Assembly (NCBI RefSeq): GCF_964213995.1
Contig: NW_027590623.1
Location: forward strand, 124,001-188,000
From: Mustelus asterias
Lineage: Eukaryota
DNA length: 64,000 nt
Direction: 5' to 3'
A program made the translations under genes and the position numbers. Of the stretch, positions 25,714 through 38,279 are shown in pieces (the stretch's first letter is position 1; each line of letters opens with the position of its first letter). The notes under the pieces were generated by a model that searched no databases, had not been told where the DNA came from, and saw only the letters and a list, made by a program, of their open reading frames with translations.

Positions 25714-26047
25714 GGGGCGGCACGGTAGCGCAGTGGTTAGCACTGCTGCTTTACAGCTCCAGGGACCTGGGTTCGATTCCTGGCTTGGGTCACTGTCTGT
25801 GTGGAGTTTGCACATTCTCCTCGTGTCTGCGTGGGTTTCCTCCGGGTGCTCCGGTTTCCTCCCACAGTCCAAAGATGTGCGGGATAGGTTGATTGGCCAG
25901 GTTAAAATTGCCCCTTAGTGTCCCGGGATGCGTGGATTAGCGGGCAAAATATGTAGGGATATGGGGGTAGGGCCTGGGTGGGATTGTGGTCGGTGCAGAC
26001 TCGATGGGCCGAATGGCCTCGTTCTGTACTGTAGGGATTCTATGATC
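25714..26047 (+). mobile_element. Full-length V-SINE (mirror copy 50477-50808)
   Basis: GGGGCGGCACGGTAGCGCAGTGG head with A/B boxes, core and tail. Confidence 0.9.
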
Positions 26048-26750
26048 TATAAACTCTTGTAGAATGTAGAATCGGCAATTGTTGAAAGCAATCTTGATTC
26101 TTGCAGGTGAAAAAAATCTGGACACTTGTCCCTATTTTAATGTTGCCACCGTTTGGCGAAGCACGTGCGTATAAATTATAAAATGGGACGTTTGGGGATG
26201 ATAACAGGATATTCCTCTTGTCATGGTACGAATGATTATAATATAATTAAGATTTCACCTGAAGAGGGAGGGACATCAAACTAAATCGTTGATGCTTCAG
26301 TTGAAATCCTGGAGAAAACGGAGCCAGAGCCGAGAGGCGGGAGGACCTGGTTACATTTGAAACGAATATTTGAATTGCAGCTTCAGTAGAATTCGCATGA
26401 CTGATCATTTCAATTTGAAATCAATGCCTTCATTGATGAACAGTTAAACTTTAAACACTTTTATCAATGAAAGTAGCTGCAGTAAAGAAGCGCGCTGGGT
26501 TATTGACAACTGACTTGTTCATAAGTGACCCGAAAGAGAAGCGGCGGCGGATCAACAAACCACATCCTGACATCCGAAGAACAGAGTCTGATTCCAGCCA
26601 ATCAGACTGCAAAAAACTGAAACTTTATCTGGTGCTCCATGAGTGGCGGATTGAAGCTGTTGATTCACTCCGTGCTTTTCTGCTGCGAGTTCTGCTCCGG
26701 TTCCCTTCTGACATTTTTATTGTATTACTTCTGACATTTTTGTTGTATTA

Positions 26751-27167
26751 ATGGATCTGTTCGTTTTCATTCTGATTCTACTAACTTGTAAGTGCAGGAA
26801 ATTTACTCGGTCACTTGTAGAGACTGTTTATTTAAAAACGTTTTGCTCCAGTGCCTCATTGTCTGAATGTTTTTTCATATCGGTGTCGCTCGGACCAAGT
26901 TTCACAAACTCCCACAGCGAGAACAGTCCAGAGCGGGGATTCGGTGCTGATAAACTGCAGTTATGAGATGTCCAGCATTTATGGAATGTATTGGTACAGG
27001 CAAAAACCCGGTCAGAGACTGGAGTGGATAATAAGAAGATTATCGAATGGCAAAGAGAGAAAAGACCGGTTCGAATTGGAACTTTCCACTGCGGGCAAAC
27101 GGGGCCAGTTGGTTATTGGAAACACGGAGAGCGCGGATGCCGCTCTGTATTACTGTGCGATAGAGCC
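26751..27167 (+). CDS. TCR V segment with open V exon but deleted canonical acceptor (L 26751-26787, V ~26879-27167)
   Basis: Leader MDLFVFILILLT; DQVSQTP...INC...YWYRQKPGQ...DAALYYCAIEP. RSS: CACACTG 27168-27174, 23 bp, ACAAAAACC 27198-27206. Intron ends 'ttcat|atcgg' versus 'ttcatag|atcgg' in the mirror copy. Confidence 0.8.
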
Positions 27168-28527
27168 CACACTGAGAGGAAAGACGCTCGTCACTGTACA
27201 AAAACCTCACGCCTGTTTTCAGTTGCTGCAGCAATCCTGCCTCGTACCTCTCCTTTAAACCTCGCCCCTCACACCTTAAACCTGTGCCCCCGAGTAATTG
27301 GCTCTTCCACCCTGGGAAAAAGCTTCTGACTATCCACTCTGTCCATGCCCCTCATAATCTTGTAGACTTCTATCAGGTCTCCCCTCAAACCTCCGTCGAT
27401 CCAGTGAGAACAAACCAAGTATTTTTCAATGAGATTCCCCCTTCATCTCTCTAAACTCCATCGAATGCAGATCCAAAGTCCTCAGCTGTCTGCGGTTTTA
27501 TTTGATCGGCCTCACACGCTCAGATTGAATGTTATTTATTTTTTGTGACGGTTTCTCAAGAACACTAATCTCATTGTGCGTGACCTGGTGACGCTGAACT
27601 CTTTATCCTCCGCGGTAGATTTCAGAGGGTTGCGATTGTAAATAAAACAATACGCGATTTGTACAACAGTGGATTTAGATGTTGATCCCGTGAGGGGAAT
27701 AAATGCAGCAACACAGAAAGCTTCAAGCTGAGGAATGAAGATAAACAAAGAACAAAGAACACAGAACAGTACAGCACAGGAAACAGGCCCTTCGGCCCTC
27801 CAAGCCTGTGCCGCTCATTGGTCCAACTAGACGAATGGAAAGACAGTGGGTGAATTCGAGACCGTGATAGAAGTCAAGGCACAGATTAGGAGGGACAGAT
27901 GGAGTTACAGGGATATAAACACGAGGAAAGGGAATGAGAGAAATGTGCGAGAGGCAAGGAGATAAATAGAGGGACAGACAGTAAGATAAATGAGGGAGAG
28001 ACGGAGACAGGAAGGGAAATAGATGAAGGTTCGGTGAAGGAACTGTGAAGGGAGCAGTTGCAGATTTATGGAGACAGTACAGACGAAAGCATAAAGAGAG
28101 AACAAAGATGTGCGGGTTAGGTTGATTGGCCGTGCTAAAAATTGCCCTCAGTGTCCTGAGATGTGTAGGTTAGAGGGATTAGCGGGTAAATGTGTAGGGA
28201 TATGGGGGTAGAGCCTGGGTGGGATTGTGGTCGGTGCAGACTCGATGGGCCGAATGGCCTTTCTCTGCACTGTAGGGTTTCTATGATTTCTCCATCTGTT
28301 CCTCCTAATCTGTGCCTTGACTTCTATCACGGCCTCGGCCTCGAGTTCACCCACTGTCTTTCCATTCGTTCATCTCATTCCTCAACACAACATAATATAA
28401 CATAGTACATGATACCGACAGGATTATTTCCGAGAGCTTCTGGATGCCCGAGGAAACCAGATCAACAACATAACCGCCGAGTAAAGCTTCCCGGACCCGC
28501 TGCAGTAAACACACAAACATGGTGAGG

Positions 28528-28546
28528 CACCGCCATCTGGCGGCAA
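28528..28546 (-). promoter_or_regulatory. CTCF-like motif in repeated intergenic module
   Basis: TTGCCGCCAGATGGCGGTG; mirror copy 47993-48011. Confidence 0.65.
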
Positions 28547-29396
28547 TCTGAGGTAACTGGTCATTTCCTGCAAAATCATCGAATTCTCAAATTACAGAAG
28601 GTCGTTACTACTGGTGATTATGTTGCATTATTCTTGTTCATCCTTTTACTATTCCAATGCAATTGAACACAGTTGAACGTATACATGAGAGATAATAACA
28701 TCGTTATTTTAATTGCTGGCGATTCGCTTTATTTAATTAATAGTGGTTATAAAACTCATTCTAAACAATATGAAGCCCTCAAGATTCCGATAAGATGCCT
28801 TTTCTAAAATAACAACACAAGATGTAAATATGACCCTGGATTCACATTCATCTCCTATCTTCTTTAGTTATTTACATTTAAATATTTCCATCATAATGTT
28901 ACCTCGTAACTTCTGGTTATTAACGTTTTCTACATTTGTTGCACCAAAAGAATGAGTAACTTAGTGGATTCATTGAAATAGGAGAGTGAGGGAAATCGGA
29001 TTGTCTGAACTCTGAATTTTAGGGAGAAGGGGAGAAAGATAAGAACGGAGAGCCAGTGCGAAGACAGAGACGGTCAGAAGCAGAGCAATGGGGGCGAGAC
29101 AAACAGAGGCGGAATGACAGAGCGAGATAGACAGGCCACAGACGGAGAGAGAGCAGGGGAATCTGAGAAAGACAGGGAGAAAGAGAAACTCAGAACTTAT
29201 TAGTCGAGCTAACGCTGATTGATGCCCGACGATCATCAATCCTGAGAAAGCGGCCAATCCTGTCGCTGGGAAACGCCCCATAATTTCTGAGTAAATTACG
29301 TTTCCGCTGATGTGAATTTCCGCTTGAATATTAGAACAGAAATGTCAACACATTTCAAATACTGCTTCATTTCTGCCGAACCCGAAACCAGACACC

Positions 29397-29939
29397 ATGT
29401 GCTCCTTACTTTGTTTGCTGATAATAATGGTCTTGCTGCCCGGTGAGTCAATAAACTCTGACAAAGTGCCATCCTGACTTGAAACATTCTCTCTGTTCGC
29501 CTCTCACAGATGTTGTCAGATCTACTGAAAATTTCGAGCATTTTCTTTTTTTGAGTCAATGTTTAAATGATCAGTGTCTGTCCCATGGGCTCTCTTCCCT
29601 CCCAGATATTGAGTGTGTTCTGTGTTTTGTTACAGGTGCAAATGCTGAAGATTCAGTGTTTCAAGATCGATCTGAATTATCGGTTCTGGAAGGACAGAAC
29701 GTAACACTGGACTGTAAATGCTCGACAGCTGCTTTTCAAGCTGTGTTCTGGTACATCCAGTATCCCGGGCAATCTCTGAGATATTTGATGAAGATATATG
29801 GCTCGGGCAATACCGATAAGTCTCCGGATTTCTCAGATAGATTCTCGGCTGCTTTGCACAAAGGAAACAATACTGTTCCTTTAAATATCGCCAGAGCTGT
29901 TCTGTCCGACAGCGCCGTGTATTTCTGTGCCATGAAGCC
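29397..29939 (+). CDS. TCR alpha/delta V segment, open (L 29397-29442, V 29636-29939)
   Basis: Leader MCSLLCLLIIMVLLP; EDSVFQ...LDCKC...FWYIQYPGQ...DSAVYFCAMKP. RSS: CACACTG 29940-29946, 22-bp spacer, ACAAAAACC 29969-29977. Confidence 0.92.
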
Positions 29940-29999
29940 CACACTGGGACAGATGAAGCGAACACCGCACAAAAACCCCAGACTGGGAGTTCCGGTTAG

Positions 30000-30018
30000 T
30001 GATCAGCAGAGGGCGCTC
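30000..30018 (+). promoter_or_regulatory. RSS-adjacent CTCF-like motif
   Basis: TGATCAGCAGAGGGCGCTC, 22 bp past the nonamer. Confidence 0.65.
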
Positions 30019-32452
30019 CCGCACAGGATCACAAACAAAATATCAAAACAAAACACAACACTCAACACGAACATCTGAGCCACAGTTGAATTTTTAACTT
30101 GCAACAATACTAAAAATACATTCACAGTTCCTTAACTCACGCTTCAACCTTTGATGACATTTTCTTGCCTGTGTGAATTATTGTGCAGCACTTTCACCAT
30201 CTTCACTCTCCTTTTCAAGGTCTCTTTGATCAACGGGTCTATTTGATCAGAGTATTTTGCTGCCTAAGGGACAGTTTATATTGGCATATACATTTCGCAA
30301 GGTTGTCATTGTGCTATTTAAAACAATCACTGAGAACAAGTTGCCATCAATGTTCATTCTCATTTTGAATGTCTGTCAAATGTTTTCTGACACAAATCAC
30401 AACCCAGTGTTTCTCTGTTACAATAATCAGACCAGCGACTTCATTCCCACCCCTGGCCCCCAACAATATAGCGATTTTCCGAATGAGCAAACTGATTATA
30501 TCTCAGCTTGGGATATTTCTGCTCACTGAAACCCAGGTCTCCAGCTATAGGGCTAAAAACACCACTGCGACACGTTTTTTTTTCTTTCAAAAATATACTT
30601 TATTCACAAAAAAAAACTCTCCAATAAAACATTGCAAAATGGCACTGTAAGGCAGCAGTAACCACTGTGCCACTGTGTTCAGTAAACCTTTTTCATTCGA
30701 CAAACTTCTTTTTAAATTTACTGTCCAGAGAATTCTGCCTTTACCACAAAGAGGTCAGGGAACAGATAGAGAGAAACCATTTGTGTCCAGAACATTGTGA
30801 ACATCCTTTTACTCTGGTTGTCTTTGATCCTCAAGTCTTTTTCTGTTTGTTTTAATCATGTTCTGTTTCATTAATAAACTTTTATCAGTAAAAATATTTG
30901 ATTTTTCTGGACTTTTCCTGATGAGATTGATGCACTTTCGGGAAAGTGGGTGAGAGGGGTTGGCAGGCTCTTTAACAGAAAGTGAGTCCCTCTAAGGTAA
31001 TTGACAAAGGAGCCAGAGGGGGAGATGAGATTTTATTTTATTTTTTGACGCAGTGAGTTGTTCTGATCTGCCTGAAAGCAGATTCAATAGAATCGTTCCA
31101 AAGGGTAAAGACTTGAAAGGAAAGAATTTGCAGGGCTGTGGGGAAAGAACAGAGCAGTTGGATGAATCAGAGAGTCCTTTCAAAGAGATAGCAGAACATG
31201 ATGGGCTGAATGGACTCCTCCTGCAGCCTGGCAATCTCAGCCTCCTGCTTTTGTGCAGGTTAAAAGGGACAGATTTCATTGCAGCCTCTTCCCTGTATCT
31301 GTATTTAAAGAGACAGGTTTCTCTTTAGTTCTGAGTGACCGATATAATTGGTTGGAGGCCCATTTCCCAGTCAGTCCTCCAGCACCTTCCTGTCTCTCTA
31401 TTAGTGCGTCGCCCATGGCAGTTTCCCAACTGGGGCGCAGGCCCCATTATTCTCAGCTAAATTCAGCCCTCAGCTCCGTCGCCTGGCTGTCATTAACACG
31501 AGCAATAGAGAGACAGAAAGGTGCCACAGGCTCAAATGGGAAGTCGAAACGTGTGGCTTTAAATGAACTGTTAGCATCTCTGACGATCAACAATTTTTAA
31601 AAATGAATTCTGAACCCAGTAAACAAATTAAAGAATCACATGACAAAACTTCAAGTTTTCTGATGTTTATTCCAACAAACTGGAGGCAACAATGATTAAA
31701 CACTTTTTTATAGGGAACATAGCCCTGAAACTGTAAAATTAAACTTTGCCCTTTTACTCTTAACACCATTAAATATCCACTCAATGGATATATTTTATTT
31801 TGCCTTGGAATGTTGACACTCCTTCTCCAAAAACCAGCCCAAAGTGATTCTTTCCTCCCCAAGGGTTTATTTCCATTGTTTTCCTTTTCCAGTCTGGCAA
31901 CCTTTAATCCCAGAACTGTCCTTCACAGTGATGGTTCTCCTGGACATTTTCCCACTAACACAAGCAAGGCGAATCTTCCAGCCTTGGTTCACAATTCTCA
32001 GGAATTTGTGACCAACATTCGACATCGGAGCAGAAGTCGGCCATTTGGCCCTTTGAGTCTGCTCCCCCATTTATTTACATCATGGCTGATCTATTTGTGT
32101 AGATTTCCACATTCCCGTTCTACACCCGATATTTTTGATTCCCTTATCCAACAAGAATTGGTATAAAGGCAAAATTCTGCTGTTGTTGGAATCTGAAACA
32201 AAAACAGAAAATGCTGGACAATCTCAGCAAGTCTGACAGCATCTGTAGAGAGAGAATGGAGGCAACATTTTGAGTCAGGATTACTCTTTGTCAGAGGTGA
32301 AGGCAAGGAAAATCGGAAAAAATTGGGAAGCAATCTATTAAACCTCCTCTGAACCACTTTCAATGCATTTGTATCATTTCTTAAATAGGAGACAAAGCTG
32401 CAGGCCAGTGTTCAAGATGCAGTCTCAGCAACGCCCTGTATAACTGAAGCAG

Positions 32453-32560
32453 TGATGTGGAGATGCCGGCGTTGGACTGGGGTAAGCACAGTAAGAAGTC
32501 TCACAACACCAGGTTAAAGTCCAACAGGTTTATTTGGTAGCAAATACCATAAGCTTTCGG
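32453..32560 (-). mobile_element. Penelope-like terminal fragment
   Basis: Near-identical to 42866-42972 and begins at the same base (TGATGTGGAGATGCC). Confidence 0.6.
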
Positions 32561-33257
32561 TAACAGAATCTCCATGACCCAGATCGGAAAAACATGTTCG
32601 AACGGAAACAGAGCAGACCGACTGAATCCGTAAGATTCAGTTCAAAAACAAGTTTGTAAAATTAAAGTAAATATGAAATGCGTTTGGTCCATAATTACCT
32701 GTCAGGAAGGTTCCCCGCACAATCCAGATGCTGAGTAGCAGCATCGTTGTTGTCTGCTCTGTAAAAGGGGAGTTGGATATTTGAAGACACCCTTTCCAAA
32801 CTTCACCCTGTATATTTTGCTGCCGTGTCTCGGGATGCTCTCACTGCATTTCCCTGTGTCCGCGGGGGTGCTGTGGGGTTGGCAGCTGGTGAACTGGCTG
32901 CAAGTGAATGGATTCACCCCGAGCTGGGTTCACTCAGTGTTCTGATGGGGCGAATGGTTTCCTAGTTAGACACGTGGGACGAGATTTGTAACCGGAAACA
33001 TGGGGTCACTGATGGGGTTTATTTATTCCGGCTTCAATTCTTCATCTCCGATTCCAGTAGAATCGATGCCAGTGAATGTGGGCGGATAAAACCCGAGTCT
33101 CAGCTTCTTTCATCAGTTCGACAGAGAGACGCCCCAGTTGGACACGAAGCAGGTGTTTGACTCCTTGTAAATTCTTCCGAATATTAAACCCAGGTCCTGG
33201 TTCTAATCTGAACTCCCTGGACAATTACTTCAGCAGAAATTTCATATGATCTGAAAA

Positions 33258-33590
33258 ATGCTCCGAATTTACAGACTCTCTTTGCTGTGTTTCACTCTGA
33301 CCTGCACTGGGGTGACTGGAGCAGATGAGGTGATGCAGCTTCCTCGGCGGAAGGTTGTTAGTGAAGGGGGAACCGTATCCATGAACTGCACCACGATCAC
33401 TACATTTAGCAACATATATTGGTACAGACAGTCCCCGAATCAGCCACCCCAGTACCTGGTGATGGCCACAAGAGAAACCGATCTACACGAGGGGATCACA
33501 GCCTCAATCGGCGGAGGCTACAAATTCAGTGCCCTGACTGTGAGAGACGCCGGAGTTACAGACACCGCCACCTATCTCTGCGCCGTGAGC
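33258..33590 (+). CDS. TCR V segment with leader and V in a single exon (paralog of 3822)
   Basis: MLRIYRLSLLCFTLTCTGVTG-ADEVMQ...SMNC...YWYRQSP...DTATYLCAVS. RSS: CACAGTG 33591-33597, 23 bp, GCAAAAACC 33621-33629. Confidence 0.9.
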
Positions 33591-34440
33591 CACAGTGTGA
33601 CAAACACAGGGAGAGCCCATGCAAAAACCTGCATCGACAGTGAGAGCCACTCTGCTGTGTCTGCAGGAGCGGCAGAGAGAGTGATGGGATTATTTTTTTA
33701 AATCCGTAAAGAAAGGAAATGAGCGCAACACAAAATAAAACATACAATCTAGTTATTGAAATCCCGTTAAAATGAAGATAGTTGAAAACAGATGGAGAAG
33801 AGGAACGAGGGAACATGTAAACTCGACTGAGTGAGAGGAAAACAGAACATAGGAAAGTTCAGTTATCATAGGAGAAGTGGACAGAAAATGAATAAACTGT
33901 TGAAATAGAAATGGAAGAGATTGGAAAGTGTGATAGACAGTTTAAAAATCAGGTAATATCATGAATAAAGAGGGGATGGCCTAGTGGCATCATCGTGAGA
34001 TTATTAACCCAGAAACTCAGTTAATATTCTGGGGACCCCGGTCCGAATTCCTGCACGGCAGGTGGTGAAACTTGAATTCAATAACAATTTAGAATCTACT
34101 GAAACCATGAAACCATTGTAGATTGTCGGAAACACCCATCTGGTTCACTGATGTACTTTAGGGAAGGAAATCTGCCGCCCTTACCTTGTCTGGCCGACAT
34201 GTGACTCCAGAGCCACCGCAATGTGGTTGACTCTCAACTGCCCTCCAACGAGAGCCCGTGACGCCTAAGTCTCACAAATGACTAAAATAAACGCTGATAT
34301 TTACGAGATATTTAAACAGCTGAATTTCCTGAAACACCTCCTAAAATCCGGGCACTGGAAACTGCCCTATCGACAAATTTGCACTTTGCTCATTATCCGC
34401 ACATTGAAAGTTTCACAACCTGTGAACCTGTGATGGGTGT

Positions 34441-34587
34441 GTCGAGCTGCGGTTCCTAAGGGACCGTGTTAGAGAACTGGAACTGCAGCTCCGGGATCAT
34501 CGTCTGGTTAGGGAAAATGAGGAGGTGACAGACAGGAGCTATCATCAGGTGGTCACACCAGGGCCAAGGGAGGCAGACAAGTGGGTA
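34441..34587 (+). mobile_element. CR1-type LINE ORF1 fragment
   Basis: VELRFLRDRVRELELQL...RENEEVTDRSYHQVVTP. Confidence 0.55.
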
Positions 34588-35559
34588 AGTCTGGAGAATT
34601 CAATTCACACCCCTGACTTGTACCTTGGAGATGGTGGACAGGCTTTCGGGAGCCACGAGGCGAGTTACTCGCCACAGGATTCCTAACCTTTGATCTGCTC
34701 TAGTAGCCACTGTATTCATATTCTTCGGTCCAGTTCAGCTTTCGGTCAACTCCCAGGATGTTGTTGGGGGTGGGGGAGAGGAAGGGGGGGAGCAGAGGGG
34801 AGGATTCAGCGGTGGCAATGCCATTGAATATCAAGGAAAGTTCGTCAGATCCTCTTCTTTTGGAGACGGTCATTGCCTGGAACCTGTGTGACCTGAACGT
34901 TGCTTCAACGTTTCAGTCCAAACCTGAATATTGTCCAGGTCTTTCTGTATTTGTGCAGATACCAAATGTCTGATTCCAGACAGTGTAGTATCATGTTTAA
35001 ATTAAAGAATGCGGATGATTTCCTCACCATAAAGCCCACACTCACTGAGCGACTGTTTCTTCAATCGGATTAGTTACATCATGACTGTCAATATGCAGCA
35101 TTTAAAGAACACGCCCAGGGCCCAGTGCTGAGTCTGAGGGTATCTGACTACAGTAAGGTGAGTGATACAGGAGGGTCTCACTGTCTGAGGGAGGTGAGTC
35201 TTAGCCGGGGGGGGGTGCGTGAGTGACCCAGGTTAATCTGACACTCCAGGGACAGTTGGAATGGAGCTTTCCCCCGGGCTGTCCCCTCCCCGTGTCTGCG
35301 TGGGTTTCCTCCGGGTGCTCCGGTTTCCTCCCACAGTCTGAAAGATGTGCCGGTTAGGGTGCATTGGCCGTGCTAAATTCCCCCTCAGTGTAACCCGAAC
35401 AGGCGCCGGAGTGTGGGCGACTAGGGGATTCTCACAGTAACTTCATTGTAGTGTTAATGTAAGCCTACTTCTGAGACTAATAAATAAACTGAAACTGAAG
35501 GTCAAGGTGCTGCTGTGACAATGCACTCTTGTTTAAACACTCTGCAATGCTGAGACTGG

Positions 35560-36020
35560 GAGAAGTGACCAACAGGGGGCAGCATTGCAGCTTCTGTCCC
35601 CCTATTGAAACTGGGATTGTTGCTCCATCTGCTGCACAATCCCAACCCCATCCACTGGGGGCAATCTGGACAATGGCTGCAGACAGACCTCACTGCGCAC
35701 GCGCAGCAATGACACCCGCCGCAGGCGGCCATTTTGCGTTGCCAAGGGAGACGGCCAGCGGCCATATTCCGTTGCCAAGGGAGTCGGCGGCGACCATCTT
35801 GCGTTGCCAGGGGAGACGGCATCAATGCGGCGGCGTCCCGCGCGCTGACCTCTGGGAGCATTCCCGTCCCGCACATGCGCACAGGCAGCCCTTCCCCCTC
35901 GACAAGTCCCCCTGTTGTCCCGCCAACGAGCATGGGCCGGGCCGGAGTGGGCAAGAGGTGACACTGGGAGGAGCAGCCCCCCCCCGGGAGCGTTACAGCG
36001 ACGCCTGGTGGCCAGGAAGG
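35560..36020. promoter_or_regulatory. CpG-rich promoter-like island with three ~32-bp YY1/RFX-like repeats and a CTCF-like motif
   Basis: CTCF-like 35566-35584; repeats 35725-35820; NRF1-like GCGCACGCGCA ~35695 and GCACATGCGCA ~35871. Confidence 0.55.
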
Positions 36021-37020
36021 GCAATAGCAGCAGCACAGTCTCTGCCCAAAGGCTTCCCCAGTTCAGCTGCTCAGAGACACTGGGAATGTCTTCAAGTGGA
36101 AACTTCAGCTTCTCACATTCACCCCCTGTGTTCAGTCATTGTTTCCGAGACAAAGTAGTGAAGAACATTGGGAGAACATGCTTCCAGCTTAAGAATTCCA
36201 CAAAATCAGCAGAATTGTAAAATTATGTCAACTCTTGTACTCTGATGTGAAGAAGTAATTTTATATCATGGGCAGTCCTCATTTATTGGGAGACTAAGAG
36301 GCGTTACCCAATGACAGGATTGGCTTGTTGCTCAGTGTTGTCAAGAATTGGCCACCGAACAACATTGGTTGTAGCCCAATAACTTTACCTGCTCCTGCCT
36401 GTCTTTCTCTGCGCCTCTGGGTCTCTGTTCACCTCGGTGTCCATCCTGCACTCTCAATATTTTGGCGGCTAATGTCTGTCTCCTCTCTCTGTGTCTCAAA
36501 GCCCCTCTCTCCCTCAACCGTTTTCCAGCAACGTGCAGAATTTAGAACATGCAATTTCTCCCAGTCTCCTATTTCAATAAATTCCCCAAGCCCCATTAGG
36601 GGACAGCTGATATGTTAGCCAAAATATCATCATGACAACTCTGGGGAAAGTTTAAAATTGAAGCAGGTGCACTGAAATCCGACAATCTGTCAGATAAATG
36701 TGAGGTTGGAGTCAAATTTATATCCTTTCGATGTGTGGAGAGAACTTTATTGAGAGTTCGAATCTTATCAGTATTGCTGTGGTTTCAAATTTTGTAACAC
36801 GAATATAGTTTAACAGAAAGGCCTGGAACATTCAAAACAGATAAAGCAATTAATTGATGAGGATTCAGACTGAAGTTCGTATTAGTTCCGTGCATGGTTC
36901 CACCTGAATTTAAGTATATTATAACAAGAATCATGAGAACAAGAAAAAATACAGCAGCAAAATCCTGCAACAAGATCCTTCAGTAATCTGAGAATTCACT
37001 GATCTCCCATTTACCTCACA

Positions 37021-37039
37021 TCACCACCAGAGGGCGATC
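37021..37039 (+). promoter_or_regulatory. CTCF-like motif in repeated intergenic module
   Basis: TCACCACCAGAGGGCGATC followed by CCTCACCGTGTTTTTGTG. Confidence 0.65.
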
Positions 37040-37334
37040 CCTCACCGTGTTTTTGTGTTCACTGTTTCAGGAGCGGGTTCCATAACACATTGATATGTTG
37101 GGGAGCCACAATCCAAGAGAACAGGATGAATTATTCAATTACACAGTTAAAGGATAGAGAGCAGTAATGCAGGAGAACTCTGCTTTAATTGTTGGAATAC
37201 ACAATGATATGTTACAGAGCAGAAATATAAGAGAACTGCATTGCTTGTTGGAACACACAGTGATATGTCACAGAGCAGTAATCAAGGAGAACTGGATTAA
37301 TTGTTAGAATACACTGTAATATTTACAGAGCAGA

Positions 37335-37960
37335 TATGGATGCTAAATTTGCAGACAACACAAAGATAGGTAGGACGATAAATGATGAAGTGCGTGTGAA
37401 GATACGATAAAGAAACATAAGTAGGTTAAGTGAATTGGCAAAGCTCCGCCAAATTGAGTATAATGTGGTCAAATGTGAAAATGTCCATATTGGCAGGATG
37501 AATATAAAATACACTTAATATTTAAACGGTGAAAGATTACAAAATTCTGAGGTACAGAGGGATTGGGCTGTCCTAGGGCACGAATCGAAAGGGGCTAAGG
37601 TACAGGTATAGTAATTAATTAAAAACGTCATAAAATATGATCATTTACTGCGAGGGAATCTATTATAAAATAGGAAGGGTATGTTTCCGTTGTACGGGGC
37701 ATTGGTGAGACCACACCTGGAGTATTGCGGACAATACGTATCTCCTTATCTAAAGAAAGATGGTAATGCGTTAAAAAACGTTCAGAGAAGGTTTGCTGTA
37801 ATAGTATCCAGGTACGTGCGGGTTATCTGTATCCGCGGTAAAAATATTGATGTTGGGTTTGTATCCACTTGAGTTTCGAAGACTCAGAGATAACTTAATT
37901 GAAACCTTTAAAACCATAAGGGGTATTAACGGTGTGGATGTGGAGCGGCTATTCCCTCGT
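37335..37960 (+). mobile_element. Old CR1-type LINE RT fragment
   Basis: KFADNT and LYGALVRPHLEYC motifs, with frameshifts. Confidence 0.75.
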
Positions 37961-38061
37961 GTCCGTGTTGTAGCTGCACTGGGTATTTCTGGGTCTTTAT
38001 ATTTCTCGGCGTGTGTATATCTGGGCTCTTGTTTCTGCGTCTGTTCCCAATGCGGTTGTAA

Positions 38062-38080
38062 TGTCCACGGGAGGGCGCTC
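38062..38080 (+). promoter_or_regulatory. CTCF-like motif in V promoter region
   Basis: TGTCCACGGGAGGGCGCTC, ~200 bp upstream of the leader ATG. Confidence 0.5.
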
Positions 38081-38279
38081 TCTGATCACTTACCGAACAT
38101 CACAGTTGCCTTCTGCAGAGAGTGACTATTTGCAGATATAAAAATGGGCGGGGGAAATAAACCCCAGCCAATCGCACCACACCTTGTTGACTCTTTCAAC
38201 TTCTCACATTCCAGGTCCGGTACAGACAGAGATCATTGTTTCCGTTTCTGGAGCTCAGACTGGAACGCTGGGGGTGAAA

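Larger units (their letters stand above)
22597..30480. repeat. Left arm of ~8 kb inverted segmental duplication
   Basis: Reverse complement matches 45681-54151. Paired coordinates sum to a near-constant (24025+52496 = 23831+52690 = 76521). Confidence 0.95.

Noticed and set aside
25714-25790. tRNA genes
   Set aside because: These are tRNA-derived SINE heads continuing into SINE core, not stand-alone tRNAs.
29636-29939. NAR-TCR supporting Vdelta because of the extra Cys (also DCAVYHC at ~2274)
   Set aside because: Both have leader exons, the Cys is not in CDR1, and the mirror copy has Tyr. No NAR-type V, D or J is nearby.
35502-36220. Long overlapping ORFs
   Set aside because: Expected in GC-rich DNA; no recognisable domain.
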